Positions 52,950-64,000 of a DNA stretch of 64,000 nucleotides are shown here, in pieces. The stretch lies in contig MU058065.1 in the NCBI GenBank assembly GCA_013265495.1, forward strand, positions 8,783,819 through 8,847,818, in the 5' to 3' direction. A program made the translations under genes and the position numbers. The notes under the pieces were generated by a model. It ran no database searches and was not told where the DNA came from. It saw only the letters and a program-made list of their open reading frames with translations. How positions within the stretch are numbered: the first letter of the stretch is position 1; every line of letters starts with the position of its first letter. This DNA comes from Vicugna vicugna (lineage: Eukaryota).

Positions 52950-53105
52950 TAGAAGCAACAGACCTGGATTCAAAATTCACTTTTTTTTTCATTTCTAATC
53001 TGTGACCTTGGATCACTTACCTTGAGCTTCTACATCTGTAAAATGAAAATCATATTATATACTTCATGGGGTTGTTATGATGATTAACTGAGATAATGTA
53101 AATGA
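52950..53105 (+). mobile_element. MIR
   Basis: cagacctggattcaaa..tgtgaccttgga..catctgtaaaatg..gttgttatga..tgagataatgta. Confidence 0.75.
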
Positions 53106-55338
53106 GATTATCTCATTAAGGTAGTCGAATCTTATTTGGGCATGGAAGGATTAGAAATGAGACACTTATTTAAGGAGTTGTATTGAAATCCTTCATAACC
53201 TTCCCATAATGATTCATTCATTCATTTATTAAAAGTATATAGAATGCCTACAGGTATGATATTAGGTATAGAGAAGACTTCATGATAAAACCTTAGGGAA
53301 CAGCATGTTCTATGTCCATTTTGACTATGTAGTCTTTGATACAGTCTGTAATAATTTATTATTTTGTTCAACCTAACCATCCCTCCCTGGTGCCCCCTCT
53401 CATCTTTGAGAATAAGAGAGGGAGTGAGAGTGTCTGTTTTACAAATTACATAGTGATTTTCAAAAATTAAAGTTTAATTGTTTGATATTTTTAAAGTCAT
53501 GAAATAGGTGTGAATGACAAAACTGTCCAACAAAAATGTCACCCCTCTCCATGACCTCCCACCCAAAATATCACCTCCTCTTGAAGGTATTCTCCTCTCT
53601 GGTCTTTAAGATTTCACAAAATGCTGCTCCCTTTGTCTGAATCATGCTCTCCTGACCTCCCTGCCTCAAGACATTGGCTCCCACCCAACCTCCAGCATTC
53701 TCTTCAGTCCTTCTCTGTCCTGGATGGCTCTTCTGTCCTCACTCCCACCACCCCCAGTCTAAATAGGCGCCTTTCTCACCCCTCAAGTAGAGTATTAAAT
53801 GAAATTGTTTTTTTTTTTCTTAACTGGAAAGACATTTAAAATGTGTCAGTAGTGGGAATATTCATTCACCTTTGAAGCAGATTCTTTTGCTTTAGGAAAA
53901 TCACGAGAATACTTTTATAAACATATAACCACCTATCATTCTTGGAGAAAAATATTAAGTCATCTCTAATCTGAAAGCTAGTACTTCAGACAGAGAGACG
54001 TGAAATGTGCCATTGAATGATGTACATTTTGCTGTCTTTAGCATAAATATGCCCTTGCAGAGACAGAAACAGATATTAGGTTTACTTCCTAAGTATGCAT
54101 TTAATCTTGCCCCTGAACCCATAGCCCCCCAATCCTGGGATATATGTGTATCTTTTATACAAGAATTTTTCCTCACAGACTGGTTTAGAACAGGTCATAT
54201 CAGGAGCCGGGTCTGCCCTACGCTTTACATTGTGCTGGAATAAAGATCTGGAATGGCCTTGGAACAGATTTACCATAGCTGAATTGTTGGCGAACTATGC
54301 ATTTTTTTTAATTAAATAACCTAGACTTTGAAGTATGTCTTTTAAACTGTTGCCATTGCCTTGGCTGTTCCCCTGAGGCTGAAGAGTACCTGGCAGGTGA
54401 GGGTAAAGGAACTGGGTGGTTTCCATTGTCAATTATCCTGGGGTAGAAGATAAGGCAGGCCTGGAAATGGACTGGGAGAGGGCAGACTTCTTCCCAGTTA
54501 TAGACAAAGGACAGGTAAGTGTAAAAACTCCACAATGCATAGATGCCTGGATGACCTGCCACGCAGAACAATCTCTGACATACAATATCAATTTATTTAT
54601 ATTTAATATTGATGAAAGATCCTAAGAGTAGCAAGTCATTTTTAGTGGCAGCTGAATTACAAGGCACTTTCTATGTTGTACTTGAGTTATACCTAAGCTT
54701 TCAACTAAGTGTTAAGTATTTCAGAAGGCTTCGTTGTGCTCTATGCGTGTATCTAGTGTGAAGCAAAAAAGAGCAGCAGGAGCACTGAAAGGCATTTACA
54801 GGACATCAAAAAATAAATTGTAGAATATGGAGCTATAATATCTAGATCAGGGTGGCTAGTCAATTGGTCAGTGACCATCTGGACAGACTGGGAATATGGA
54901 AGTGTTGTTGCTTGGGGATTTATAGAACTTACTTGGGAAGCAAATCCAGTAAAGGAATAATTTTCCCACCATTCTTCTTGAGGGCTATTGCTATTGTTTT
55001 GAGGAGTATTGATGGAAAAGCATGTGCTTTTATTAATTTATTAATTAATTTATTTACTTATTTTTAAACATTTGAAAGGCATATGCTTTTAAAGGTTAAA
55101 AAACTTGGATTGCATTCTTCAAATTCACTTTGTCTTTTCTACAAAACCATCAAATTATTTAATAATAAGGGCTGTGTCTTTTTTATCTTTGCATCATCAC
55201 AGTTTATAGAACAGTGTCTGGAACACAATAGGTGCTCAAAAAATATTTGCTGAGTTACATATGCATAAAGTCTTTCACGATACTGTCTTCAACATGATAA
55301 ACTGACTTAAGTCACTTGTCATTTAAAACTGGTTACGA

Positions 55339-56074
55339 AACCAGAAATGATAAAATTCCTAGAAGAAAACATAAGCAGAACACTCTTTGACATAAATAGT
55401 AGTAATAATTTTGGGTTTCTATTTTCCTCCTAAGGCAAAGGAAACAAAAGCAAAAATGAATAAGCTGAACCTAATTAAACTTAAAAGCTTTTGCATAGCA
55501 AAGGAAATCATCAACAAAATGAAAAGACAACCTACTGAATGGGAGGAAATATTTGTAAATGATGACCAATAAGGGGTTAATATCCAAAACATATAAATAG
55601 CTCAAACAACTCAATGTCAAAAAAACAAACAACCCTATTAAAAAATGGATGGGGCCTGAACAGACATTTTCCCAAAGACATACAGATGGCCAACACGCAT
55701 GTGAAAGATGTTCAACACTGCTAATCATTAGAGAAATGCAAATAAAAACCACAATGAGATATCACCCCAAATCTGTCAGAATGTCTAGAAGACCACAAAT
55801 AACAAACATTGATGAGGATGTGGAGAAAAGGGAACCCTTGTTGGTAGGAATGCAACTTGGTGCAGCTATTATAGAAAACAGTACAAAAGTTCCTCAAAAA
55901 ACCTAAAAATAGAACTACCATATGATCCATAAATTCCACTCCTGGGTATATATCTAAAGAAAACAAAAACACTAATTCAAAAAGATCACCCCAATGTTTA
56001 TAGCAGCATTATTTAAAATAACCAAGATATGGAAGCAATGTAAGTATCCCTCAACAGATGAATGGATAAAGATG

Positions 56075-56108
<34 letters not shown>

Positions 56109-56540
56109 GAATGAAATACAACTCAGCCACAACAAAGAATGACATTTTACCATTTGTAATAACATTGAGGGTATTATGCCTAGTGAAATAAATCAGACAG
56201 AGAAAGATAAATACTGTATGTTATCACTTGTATGTGGAATCTAAAAAATAAAACAAATTAATATAACAAAACAGCAATAGACTCACAGATAGAGAGAACA
56301 AACTAATGGTTATCAGTGGTGAGAGGGAAGGAGGAGGGGCTAGATAAGGGTAGGGGGTTAAGAGGTACAAACTACTATGTATAAAATCAGTAAGAACAGG
56401 ATATGTTTTATAGCCCAGGGAATATAGCCAATGTTTTATAATAACTTTAAATGTAGCACAATCTATACAAATTCTGAATCACTATATTGTACATCTGAAG
56501 CACTAATATAATATTGTAAACCAATCATTCCCCAATTTAA
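55339..56540 (+). mobile_element. L1MA9/L1_Art-type LINE-1, 5'-truncated (1.2 kb) with 14-bp TSD
   Basis: ORF2 C-terminal remnants (ORF 55649..55906 STLLIIREMQIKTTMRYH; 55994..56191 MFIAALF), L1 3'UTR; TSD aaaactggtta(c/t)ga at 55325-55338 and 56541-56554. Confidence 0.9.
56076..56104. repeat. (CA)n microsatellite inside L1
   Basis: About 14 CA units. Confidence 0.9.
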
Positions 56541-56694
56541 AAAACTGGTTATGAGAAATATGTTGAAATAGAATAGTGAGATGCCTTGACCTTCTTTATT
56601 ATAAGGCCGTTGCTGTAACTTTTAAATTGGAAAAGACGTTTTAAGCAGATTGCTGCAAAAAGGAAGGAATGCTACACAAAAATCACATATTGCC

Positions 56695-56870
56695 AGAGAA
56701 TCAGGCAACTGGAAGAGATCTGAAGTCCGTGTAGTCCCCTCACGTTACGCATGAGGAAATTAAAGCCCCGAGTGAAAAAGTAACTTGCCCAGTGTCACAT
56801 ACCTCATCAGTGGTGGAGCCAGGGATAGGCTGCACCTGTTCTGATTCATTGTTCTTAATACTACATTGCA
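56695..56870 (-). mobile_element. MIR
   Basis: atgaggaaattaaagccc..gtaacttgcccagtgtcacat..agtggtggagccagg. Confidence 0.7.
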
Positions 56871-57044
56871 TATTTCTACTAAATCATACCTCTCACAGAT
56901 CCATGGCTATATAGGCAGTTGATAATATTTATTTGTATTTTACATTTACAAAACGTTCTGAAACAATAGTTGGTATAGAGTTTTTTTTTTTTTTATCATA
57001 CTTTGCTTAATTTTATCAGCGCTGAAGATTCTTGAAAGTCCTAA

Positions 57045-57178
57045 ATAGTGGTCCTCACACTTGGTTGCAAAAAGACCTATGTCAGGGTCCTGCCTCAAGC
57101 CAGCAAGGCTTAGGCATTGATATTTTTGAAAAAGTTTCCCCAAATGCTTGTAATTGCAGCCAAGATCGAAAATTATGG
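57045..57178. mobile_element. MER5-type hAT element
   Basis: agtggtcctcacacttggttgca..aggcatt..tttttgaaaa..tgcagccaag. Confidence 0.5.
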
Positions 57179-59250
57179 CCCTAAAATAGTTTTATTTAAT
57201 GTCCTTATCCATTTCCAATTCTTTTGTTCTTGTCTCCCAATCTCTCCCTCAGGCCCTACTCTGTGATTAACTGCAAGACGCTGAGAATGCAGTCTTCGTT
57301 TAGGCTTCACTAATGACCAGCGGGGACTTTTGAAATTAATGAAGTTCAATGCTAAAAATATTTAATTTACATTAAACACAAAAGACATTACCATGTGCTT
57401 AGGACAACATGGTATTACACTATTTTAGAGAATAGGTTTCCACAGAATCACACTATCAGCAAGAAGTGTATCATTCAAACCTCAGCCACCAGGGAAATTT
57501 TTACCTATGATGTATGTTCTCTTTGTTCAAAGTCAACAAGGAGAATTATTTCGCATTTTCTTTTGTTACTCTTAGCCACACTGCTGAGACTATTCTTTAC
57601 TAAACCAATTTAATTTAACTGCTGCCTTCAGTGGAAATGAAGAACAATGAATAGATTGCCTGTTTATGTATCTTTTCTTTAGCTGTGGACTCACAAATTT
57701 GCAACTTAGCCTTCTTTTCTTCAGGCTAATAATAAATAATTTAACCTGTCATTGTGGCCTGTATTTTATAACCATTTATATTTTTCATTCCTCTTCTCTG
57801 AACATAATTAGAGTGCTGTGTAATAAAATAGTTATTTACCTTTGCTTTGACATGTCATCTAAAGATGAAAAATGCAATGAGGTCATCATTTTAAAGTTTA
57901 CTTTCACACTCAAGTACTTTCCATTTTTTACCTTATTTTTCAACTTTAAAACAAAATATAGTTACTGGGTCATAAATTATAATTACCTTGCCTTGTATCT
58001 GAAAACAGAACGCAAACATAAAGCTTTCTTGCTTTGTTAATTTCTGTAATTTATACATAGCATTAATGAGACCCTGGGTACAATTCAAATGTACAGATTG
58101 CACCCACAATACCATAAATACAAGCTTTTCTCACAGCAAATCATCACTGAAGCACCAACTCAGATAACAGAATCAGCCATTAACTCTTCAGGCAGCCTTT
58201 ACATTTTCTCTATGTAGTGTTTTCTATACTCGTCGTAATATTGTGCCATTTTTACCAGCTAGTTAAAATTTCACTGTATAAACAGTAGTTGAATATATTC
58301 ATGTCAAAGATAATCATTCCTTTAAAAGGTTTCTTTGTCAGGTATTCATTAAAGTGGGTTTCACATCAAAATGATCGTCACCAATATAGGGCAAACATCT
58401 TATCCATTTGGCAGGTTTTGAAAATTTTATTAGCACTGTATCAAATCCTCAGTCTATATTATATCTCCTTAACAGCACAAAAATCTGTTTTATGAAGGTA
58501 CACAATTGGTGGGAATCCAAAGTGGAATAATCTGTATATCATACCAACATAGGAGACCACAATAGAAATGAGACTGCTCATGGATGCATCTGACATTCAT
58601 TATTAGAAATACGTATTTGCACCAACGCTATGCTTTGTAAACAGTACTTTCACTTTCTTAATATTGGTCTTCATAAATTCATTTTGTGACAAATTCCCGA
58701 AATAAAGGCTTCCTCCCAGCTGATGTTTACCACTCCGGCCTGCATGAAGCACTGGCAATTTGCTTCAAGACAGGAGGTAACAGGAATGAATACAGCGCCA
58801 GCTACATTTCCTCTGGATCAGATATGTGAATGTTGTGAGCATTGTAATGTGTAGCGTGGGTGACAGAATTTCACAAAAGCGCCTACACAAAACGCAGCCC
58901 TTCTCAGAAGGCACAGCAGACACCATTTTGTCTCATCCCAAAGCAGTTCACAACCTTCTCCAGTTTTTCAGTTTAAGCTTTCAGACACAAAGTTTTTAAT
59001 CTAAACCTGATGGGATATGATGAAGTTTTAGGAGGGCAATTTGATTTCTAGACAGTAGGAGGGAGAATAGAAAAGAGCGAGAATTGAGGTCACATCCGTA
59101 AATATCTCTGAGTTCTCTGAAGGAGTAAATTAAAGTGAGAATAGCCTTTATTTTGAGTCACAGAGGCACTGATAAGCATTAAATTTATGCCAGTGTAAAA
59201 AGAAATCTCCATTCTTATATTTCTTCATAGGAGAGACCCGTGTTTGCCCT

Positions 59251-59435
59251 GGGGGTTGGCGGGGTCGGCGGGAGGGGTGGTGGGTGAGGGGGTCAAAATT
59301 GGGCTAAATCGTGAATCCCACTCTATGTCTTTCTGTGGAGATATGTGAGAAACTAGTTGTGGACGGCTGCCCAGGAAGCCCCACCCACTGAGAAGACTTC
59401 TTGGGACTCTGATTGGCCTGTGAATGTGTCAATCA
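59251..59435. promoter_or_regulatory. Promoter-like motif module (GC boxes/G4, ETS, KLF, NF-Y CCAAT, PBX-PREP decamer)
   Basis: ggcggg x2 in a G-run tract at 59251-59292; caggaag at 59372; gccccaccc at 59378; ctgattggcc at 59409-59418; gtgtcaatca at 59426-59435. Confidence 0.4.
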
Positions 59436-59664
59436 CAATTATGTATACAGCAATGTAGTTGTAAGGAAATTATAAGTGTTTTGTAGCTTTGCTTTTGCTT
59501 TAGCTTTTGGCAAGCCAAAGGATGTATCTGAGAATTGGCTTTCAACACTGTAACCTGATTTACTGTCAGTGCTGAAAACATTTTGGGGTGCATCTTTTCA
59601 ACTCCAGCAGCACATCTTTTTCTATATCCAGAGTACTAATAACTCTCCATCCTTTCAGGGAAGA

Positions 59665-60015
59665 TTTTATTTTATTCTGTTTTATTTTATGTTTGTATTT
59701 GTTTTTTATTGGGAAAATATACATAACATAAAATTTGTCATTTTAAAGGGTACAATTTAGTGGCATATAATGCATTCACAATGTTGTGCAACCTCACTAC
59801 TGATCTAGTTCCAGAACATTTTCATCACCACTACTCATTAAGCAGTCACTCCACATTACCCCTCCCCAGGCCCCTGACAATGGCTAATCTGCCATCTCTA
59901 TGGATTTGCCTATTTTGGATATTTCACATAAATGGAACCATACAACATGTATCCTTTTGTGTCTGCATTTTTTCACTTGTAATATTTTTGAGGATCATCC
60001 ATGTTGTATCAGTAT
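59665..60015 (-). mobile_element. L1MB-type 3' end
   Basis: aaatatacataacataaaattt..cattcacaatgttgtgcaacc..tctagttccagaacattttcatcacc..tggatttgcctatt.tggatatttca. Confidence 0.85.
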
Positions 60016-60680
60016 TTGCTTTGAAGCAATGGGAAGTCAGTAGGAGCCTAGTCTGGTCAATTTATTGGTATATACTGTTTGAAAAAGGTTTAGGTGATAT
60101 TAGAAAGTAAATAAGATTAATTTTCCTATGTGTCTCATGTTTTGTTTTTATGCCTTTAAATATATAGGTTCTATTTACACTAAAAAAAAAAAAACCACAC
60201 ACCAAATAAATACCACAATACATTACTACCTATACTCAGAATATGAATATTGCTTGAATACTGCCCTGCCAAGTAGACTTTCACAAGGTTCTCTTTTGGG
60301 GGGTTGAGGGTTGGCCAAAGGATGTTACGCTAAAGATGTTATACTAAAACTATAACGTCCTCCTAATGAATAATGTGAGGTACTGTATCTGGAATTCAGA
60401 TATTAGGTGACTATAAGGTGAAGTATTCAAATTAAGCTTTTGTAGCCTCTCTTTGTAACATTCTCTCTTTTAATTGTCCACTTTCCTAGTTCTCCCATGA
60501 AGGTGAAATACCTAGTTAATAAAATAAATTCACTTTAAAATATTTATGACTTAATGAACTTAGAAACTAATGAAGATATCCTTGCTTAATTCTACAAAAC
60601 TAACTGACTTTTGATCAATAAGTGGAGAGAGATGTTAAGAGAAGGATCCTTTTTTGTCCCCTCAAATCATACCACATTGA

Positions 60681-61040
60681 CCAGTGTGGTTCTCAAATTT
60701 CTACATGTCTAAGAATTACTGTGATATTTGTTTTAAAATATAAATTTCTAGACCCCAGAGATTCTGACTTAATCTGGGTGAGGAGAAGAAATCTACACTT
60801 TAAATAACTATCCTAAACCGGGGGTCCTCAGACTTCAATGTGCATCAGAATCACTCTGGGGGCTTGTTCTGGACCCCATTCCTAGAGCTTCTGAATCATA
60901 GGTCTGGAGTGGGGTGGGAGAATTTACCTAACAAGATCCCAGGTGATGTTGATGCTGCTGGTTGGGGATCATGTTTTGAGAGCCACTGTTTTAGGTGATT
61001 CTAAAATAACTGTGCTGTGGCCACATTTGGAGGCATACTG
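60681..61040. mobile_element. MER5B-like element with nested MER5A (~60819-60988)
   Basis: ggttctcaaa..ccccagagattctga; inner tgcatcagaatcac..taggtctggagtggg..taacaagatcccaggtgatgttgatgctgctgg..gagagccactg; outer resumes aggtgattct. Confidence 0.7.
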
Positions 61041-61499
61041 ATAAACTAATCACAATTCTGCCAATCAGGCTAAGCCTGTATGGCAGCCTGTGATAAAAGA
61101 GCTTGGCTTTCACAATGGTGGAATAAAATAAAGCTTTATCCCTAGCTGTGGAAGCATCAATAATTTTCACATACAATTTCAATAGGGTACAATGTTAATC
61201 TAAAAAATCAGTTAAAGACTTAAAACCAATGCATGAAAAACAACATTTTCTTTTGAATTTCAGGTGTACATATCAAAATTTGTAAATTATTGTTATAGAC
61301 CTTACTTAAAATAATATTTAAAAAAACCAACTGAAGCACTTAAAGAAAATAACTGTTTAATGGCTTGGGGTTTCAATTAGAAAACTGATTCAGGGGTACA
61401 GCCTACTGGATGATTCTGAGATTGCAAAGGAAAACATTGTCATGGACTTTTTAACATTTAATATCTTTCTCTCATGTATTAGTTTCTCTCCATGTGTAC

Positions 61500-61715
61500 A
61501 AGCATGGTACAGTGGAAACATCATGAACTTTGGAGGTTCAAGATCTTTCTTGGCCTTAAGACTTTTGTTGCCATGTGACCTTGGCAAGTTACTCAAGCTT
61601 CAGTTTCCTACTCTGTATAATGGAGTGACACAGTAATTACTACCCAGCAGAACTATGATGAGAATTAGGGAATAAAACATGTAAATTTCCAAGATAATCT
61701 TGGACTTACTGTAGA
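61500..61715 (+). mobile_element. MIR
   Basis: gcatggtacagtggaaa..tgtgaccttggcaagttact..cttcagtttcct..tgtataatgg. Confidence 0.75.
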
Positions 61716-62254
61716 ACCTATGTCCTTTACACACACGCACACACACACACCCCCAAACATTAAAAAAAAAATCACTTTCTGACCTCCTTTCTACACGAGT
61801 TCCTCAAGCTTAATTCTGCTTTGAAGCAACAACATTCACCAGGACATGTGGGGACTCCATATTGGTGCTTCTCTGCATTTTGAATTCTGACCGTCCTATG
61901 CTTTAATATAAATTGGAGAAGAATAAGCAATGGAAGAATCTTATCACTTTTGCTGGTACTAAAACTCAGTGATGAATTGAAGGATCACAGCTAAATAATT
62001 TCCTGTAAAAAAGTTGTTGTTGTTGTTTTTTAATTTTAAAGTAGAAACCATAGTCAGTGCTTTCAGTCAATTAATTCCTGCTGATCACACTGAGAGAAGA
62101 CATTTACACACTGGTCCTTACCTAAGATAAGCAACAAGAAATGAGCTCTCATTAATGTCAAAGCCCAAACTGTGATGTTTCCGGGCTCCGCATGTGCTTA
62201 GGAACTCACATCTTGAGACCCCCAAATCTCCCCATAATTCGTGAAGTATCCATG

Positions 62255-62435
62255 GTGGTCTCAAGTGTGCTTGGAAACAGGTTCCCTCATGTTTTCAGCT
62301 CAGGCCTCCTGGTCAAGAAATCCAGAGATGTGATTCAGTGTTCTACCGCAGGACCTGGGAATATGCTTTAAAGCAAGTACTCCAGGAGTTTCTGATGAAA
62401 GGCATTCAAATGTTACACAATGCGAAAAAAAATCT
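62255..62435. mobile_element. MER5-type hAT element
   Basis: gtggtctcaagtgtg..ccagagatgtgattcag..acctgggaat..caagtactccagg..tctgatg. Confidence 0.5.
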
Positions 62436-62659
62436 TGCATTGGGAGTATTGCCCTGAGATCCAGCAGAAATCGATTTTTCTGCGCCAGCTTGCTTTAATT
62501 ATTGGAATAGAACTGAGCAGTACTGTATATTCAGTGAAAACTCTTCACTGGTTAAATAGAATATCAGTTATGGTTGTCAGGGGGCACTACATTTCAAGTT
62601 GTGTCCTTTTGATTCTAGTGTTGCAAACTACAGTGATTTATGAGGCTCTTATTGCAGTA

Positions 62660-62803
62660 AAAGATCATTATTGAAGGGGACACTATTCCTTCCTCCTTAT
62701 CTGCTGCCCCAACATTATCGAGCCAGATTGTTTAAGCTTGCTCAGGGTCCAGCACAGAGTGTTGCACAAAGAAGGCATTCAATAGATACACGTTGAATGG
62801 AAT
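62660..62803 (+). mobile_element. L2 3' end
   Basis: ccagcacagagtgttgcacaaagaaggcattcaata..gttgaatgg. Confidence 0.5.
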
Positions 62804-63807
62804 CCTTGTGGTGCTATACTACCAGTTACACCAATTGGTAGTATAATTGGAGTTTAATTAGAAGATATATTTATTTGGCTTTGTATTCATGACCAAGAAG
62901 TCACTCCACGTATCGGGTGCCCATCCAATGTAGCTCTACTCCAGGTAACTCAGGACTAGGTGATTTGGGAAGTTTGTGCCCTGCTGTGCATTTTCAGAAT
63001 ACAGCTCTGGCCCCACACCATTCACTTATGGCAGCTTATCAAAAATCACATCCCATCAACATTCTTAAAATAGAATTAGACTAGGGTTTGGGTGAAGTTC
63101 GCATGAAGAGGAAATTAATTAGGACTCGATGTTTTGAGTAATTGTATGGGGTTTAGACAGGTTCCGTTATTAATAGCCAAGTGTTAGAGAATAGTGTTGG
63201 TGGAGTTTTTTTTTACCTTGGGCAATACTTGTCAGTGTTCTTAAGGTAGTGTGGACTGACTTACACAGGTCACAGGACAGTTACCCTTTATTCCTAATCT
63301 GTAAATATATATTGCTTAACTTTTGATTGCTCTGTAAAACCCATAGGTCGTGGATGGCAGTACCTGTCTTTCAGGGTCACAATAACACATAATTATTAAC
63401 TTTAATTTTCTTTCCTAAGTCAGGAATCTGTGAGAGTGATACCACTCAGATAAACTCCGACGTGGGCTTTCCAAGAACCCATTTGGGAAAATGCTAGCCT
63501 ACAAAAATTAAGAGTGAATAAAGAAAAAGCAGTTTGATGAAAAAAAACATGGTTCAAACTAGTTAAAAAAAAAGAGCTTGATAAATTTTCATCATATTCT
63601 CCTATTTACTATGAATTTTAAACCACATACATTTAGTACCTACTTTAAAATAAATCATCATTGCTGAAGAATTGTAATTACAGAGGTATTTATAGAGTAT
63701 TTGCTTTTAGGAGAAAATAATTAGAATTATGCAACCATAGACATAGGAACTTTTTTTACTGAGCCTAGTGTGAGAATTAGGTATTATGCTATTCTAGGTT
63801 CTTCCTA

Positions 63808-63820
63808 TGCCACCTAGTGG
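63808..63820 (-). promoter_or_regulatory. CTCF core consensus site within a MIR-like fragment (~63760-63850)
   Basis: Minus strand CCACTAGGTGGCA matches CCASYAGRKGGCR at 13/13. Confidence 0.45.
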
Positions 63821-64000
63821 GAGACTCAAATGGTTTTATCTGAGTTTTGTGCAGATTATTTACCTTTAATTTTTCCAACTTTTTATTTGTAGCAAATCAA
63901 CTACATTATACCTACTAAATGGTACATGTCACATTATAGATTGAAAATAAAACTAAAGCAGATAAAACAAAGTGTCTTATGTTACCCTGTCTTATGTTAC

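Noticed and set aside
54325..54396. 72-bp symmetric candidate exon (ag|ACTTTG...GGCAG|gtgagg) with one open frame FEVCLLNCCHCLGCSPEAEEYLA
   Set aside because: Weak acceptor (purine-rich aataacctag), unrecognised peptide and no partner exons; likely chance.
308..62674. ORF-track entries (60-135 aa) as genes
   Set aside because: They are short, many begin at non-ATG codons, lack recognisable domains and mostly lie in repeats. Only L1 ORF2 and ERV-L pol remnants show homology.
63973..64000. 15-bp tandem duplication tgtcttatgttaccc
   Set aside because: Only two units, cut by the window edge; ordinary slippage, not a CRISPR-like or functional array. Similar micro-duplications occur at ~23208, ~42562 and ~60320.
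1..64000. Prokaryotic-type systems (CRISPR, operons, defence islands), tRNA/rRNA, NUMT or processed pseudogene
   Set aside because: The sequence is mammalian repeat-rich DNA; I saw no spaced direct-repeat arrays, cloverleaf/rRNA motifs, mitochondrial-like segments or polyA/TSD-flanked mRNA copies.

Overview
Mammalian (eutherian) non-coding genomic DNA: AT-rich, strongly CpG-depleted and full of ancient interspersed repeats (MIR, L2, CR1/L3, L1M/HAL1, about 20 MaLR/ERVL/ERV1 LTR elements, hAT-Charlie MER5/MER102). I found no credible protein-coding gene, tRNA, rRNA or CRISPR. The ORF track consists of chance ORFs and decayed L1/ERV frames; the only recognisable coding relic is a fossil ERV-L pol (protease end/RT/RNase H/integrase start, minus strand, ~18.56-20.91 kb). 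I saw no Alu, B1/B2, SINEC, Bov-tA, CHR-2, PRE-1 or ERE SINEs, and the youngest L1 3' ends look cetartiodactyl, so a camelid-like host is a tentative inference. LTRs occur on both strands, which suggests intergenic DNA. Best observations: (1) an ~88-bp local templated copy of the ERV-L RT pasted into a MER102 element 1.34 kb away; (2) an MLT1 LTR inserted next to the RT YxDD motif; (3) an orphan promoter-like module (GC boxes/G4, ETS, KLF, CCAAT + PBX-PREP decamer) at ~59.25-59.44 kb; (4) CTCF-consensus sites, one inside a MIR. I do not see a new biological system here. Repeat subfamily names come from recalled consensus sequences, not a database search, and boundaries are approximate unless a TSD is given.
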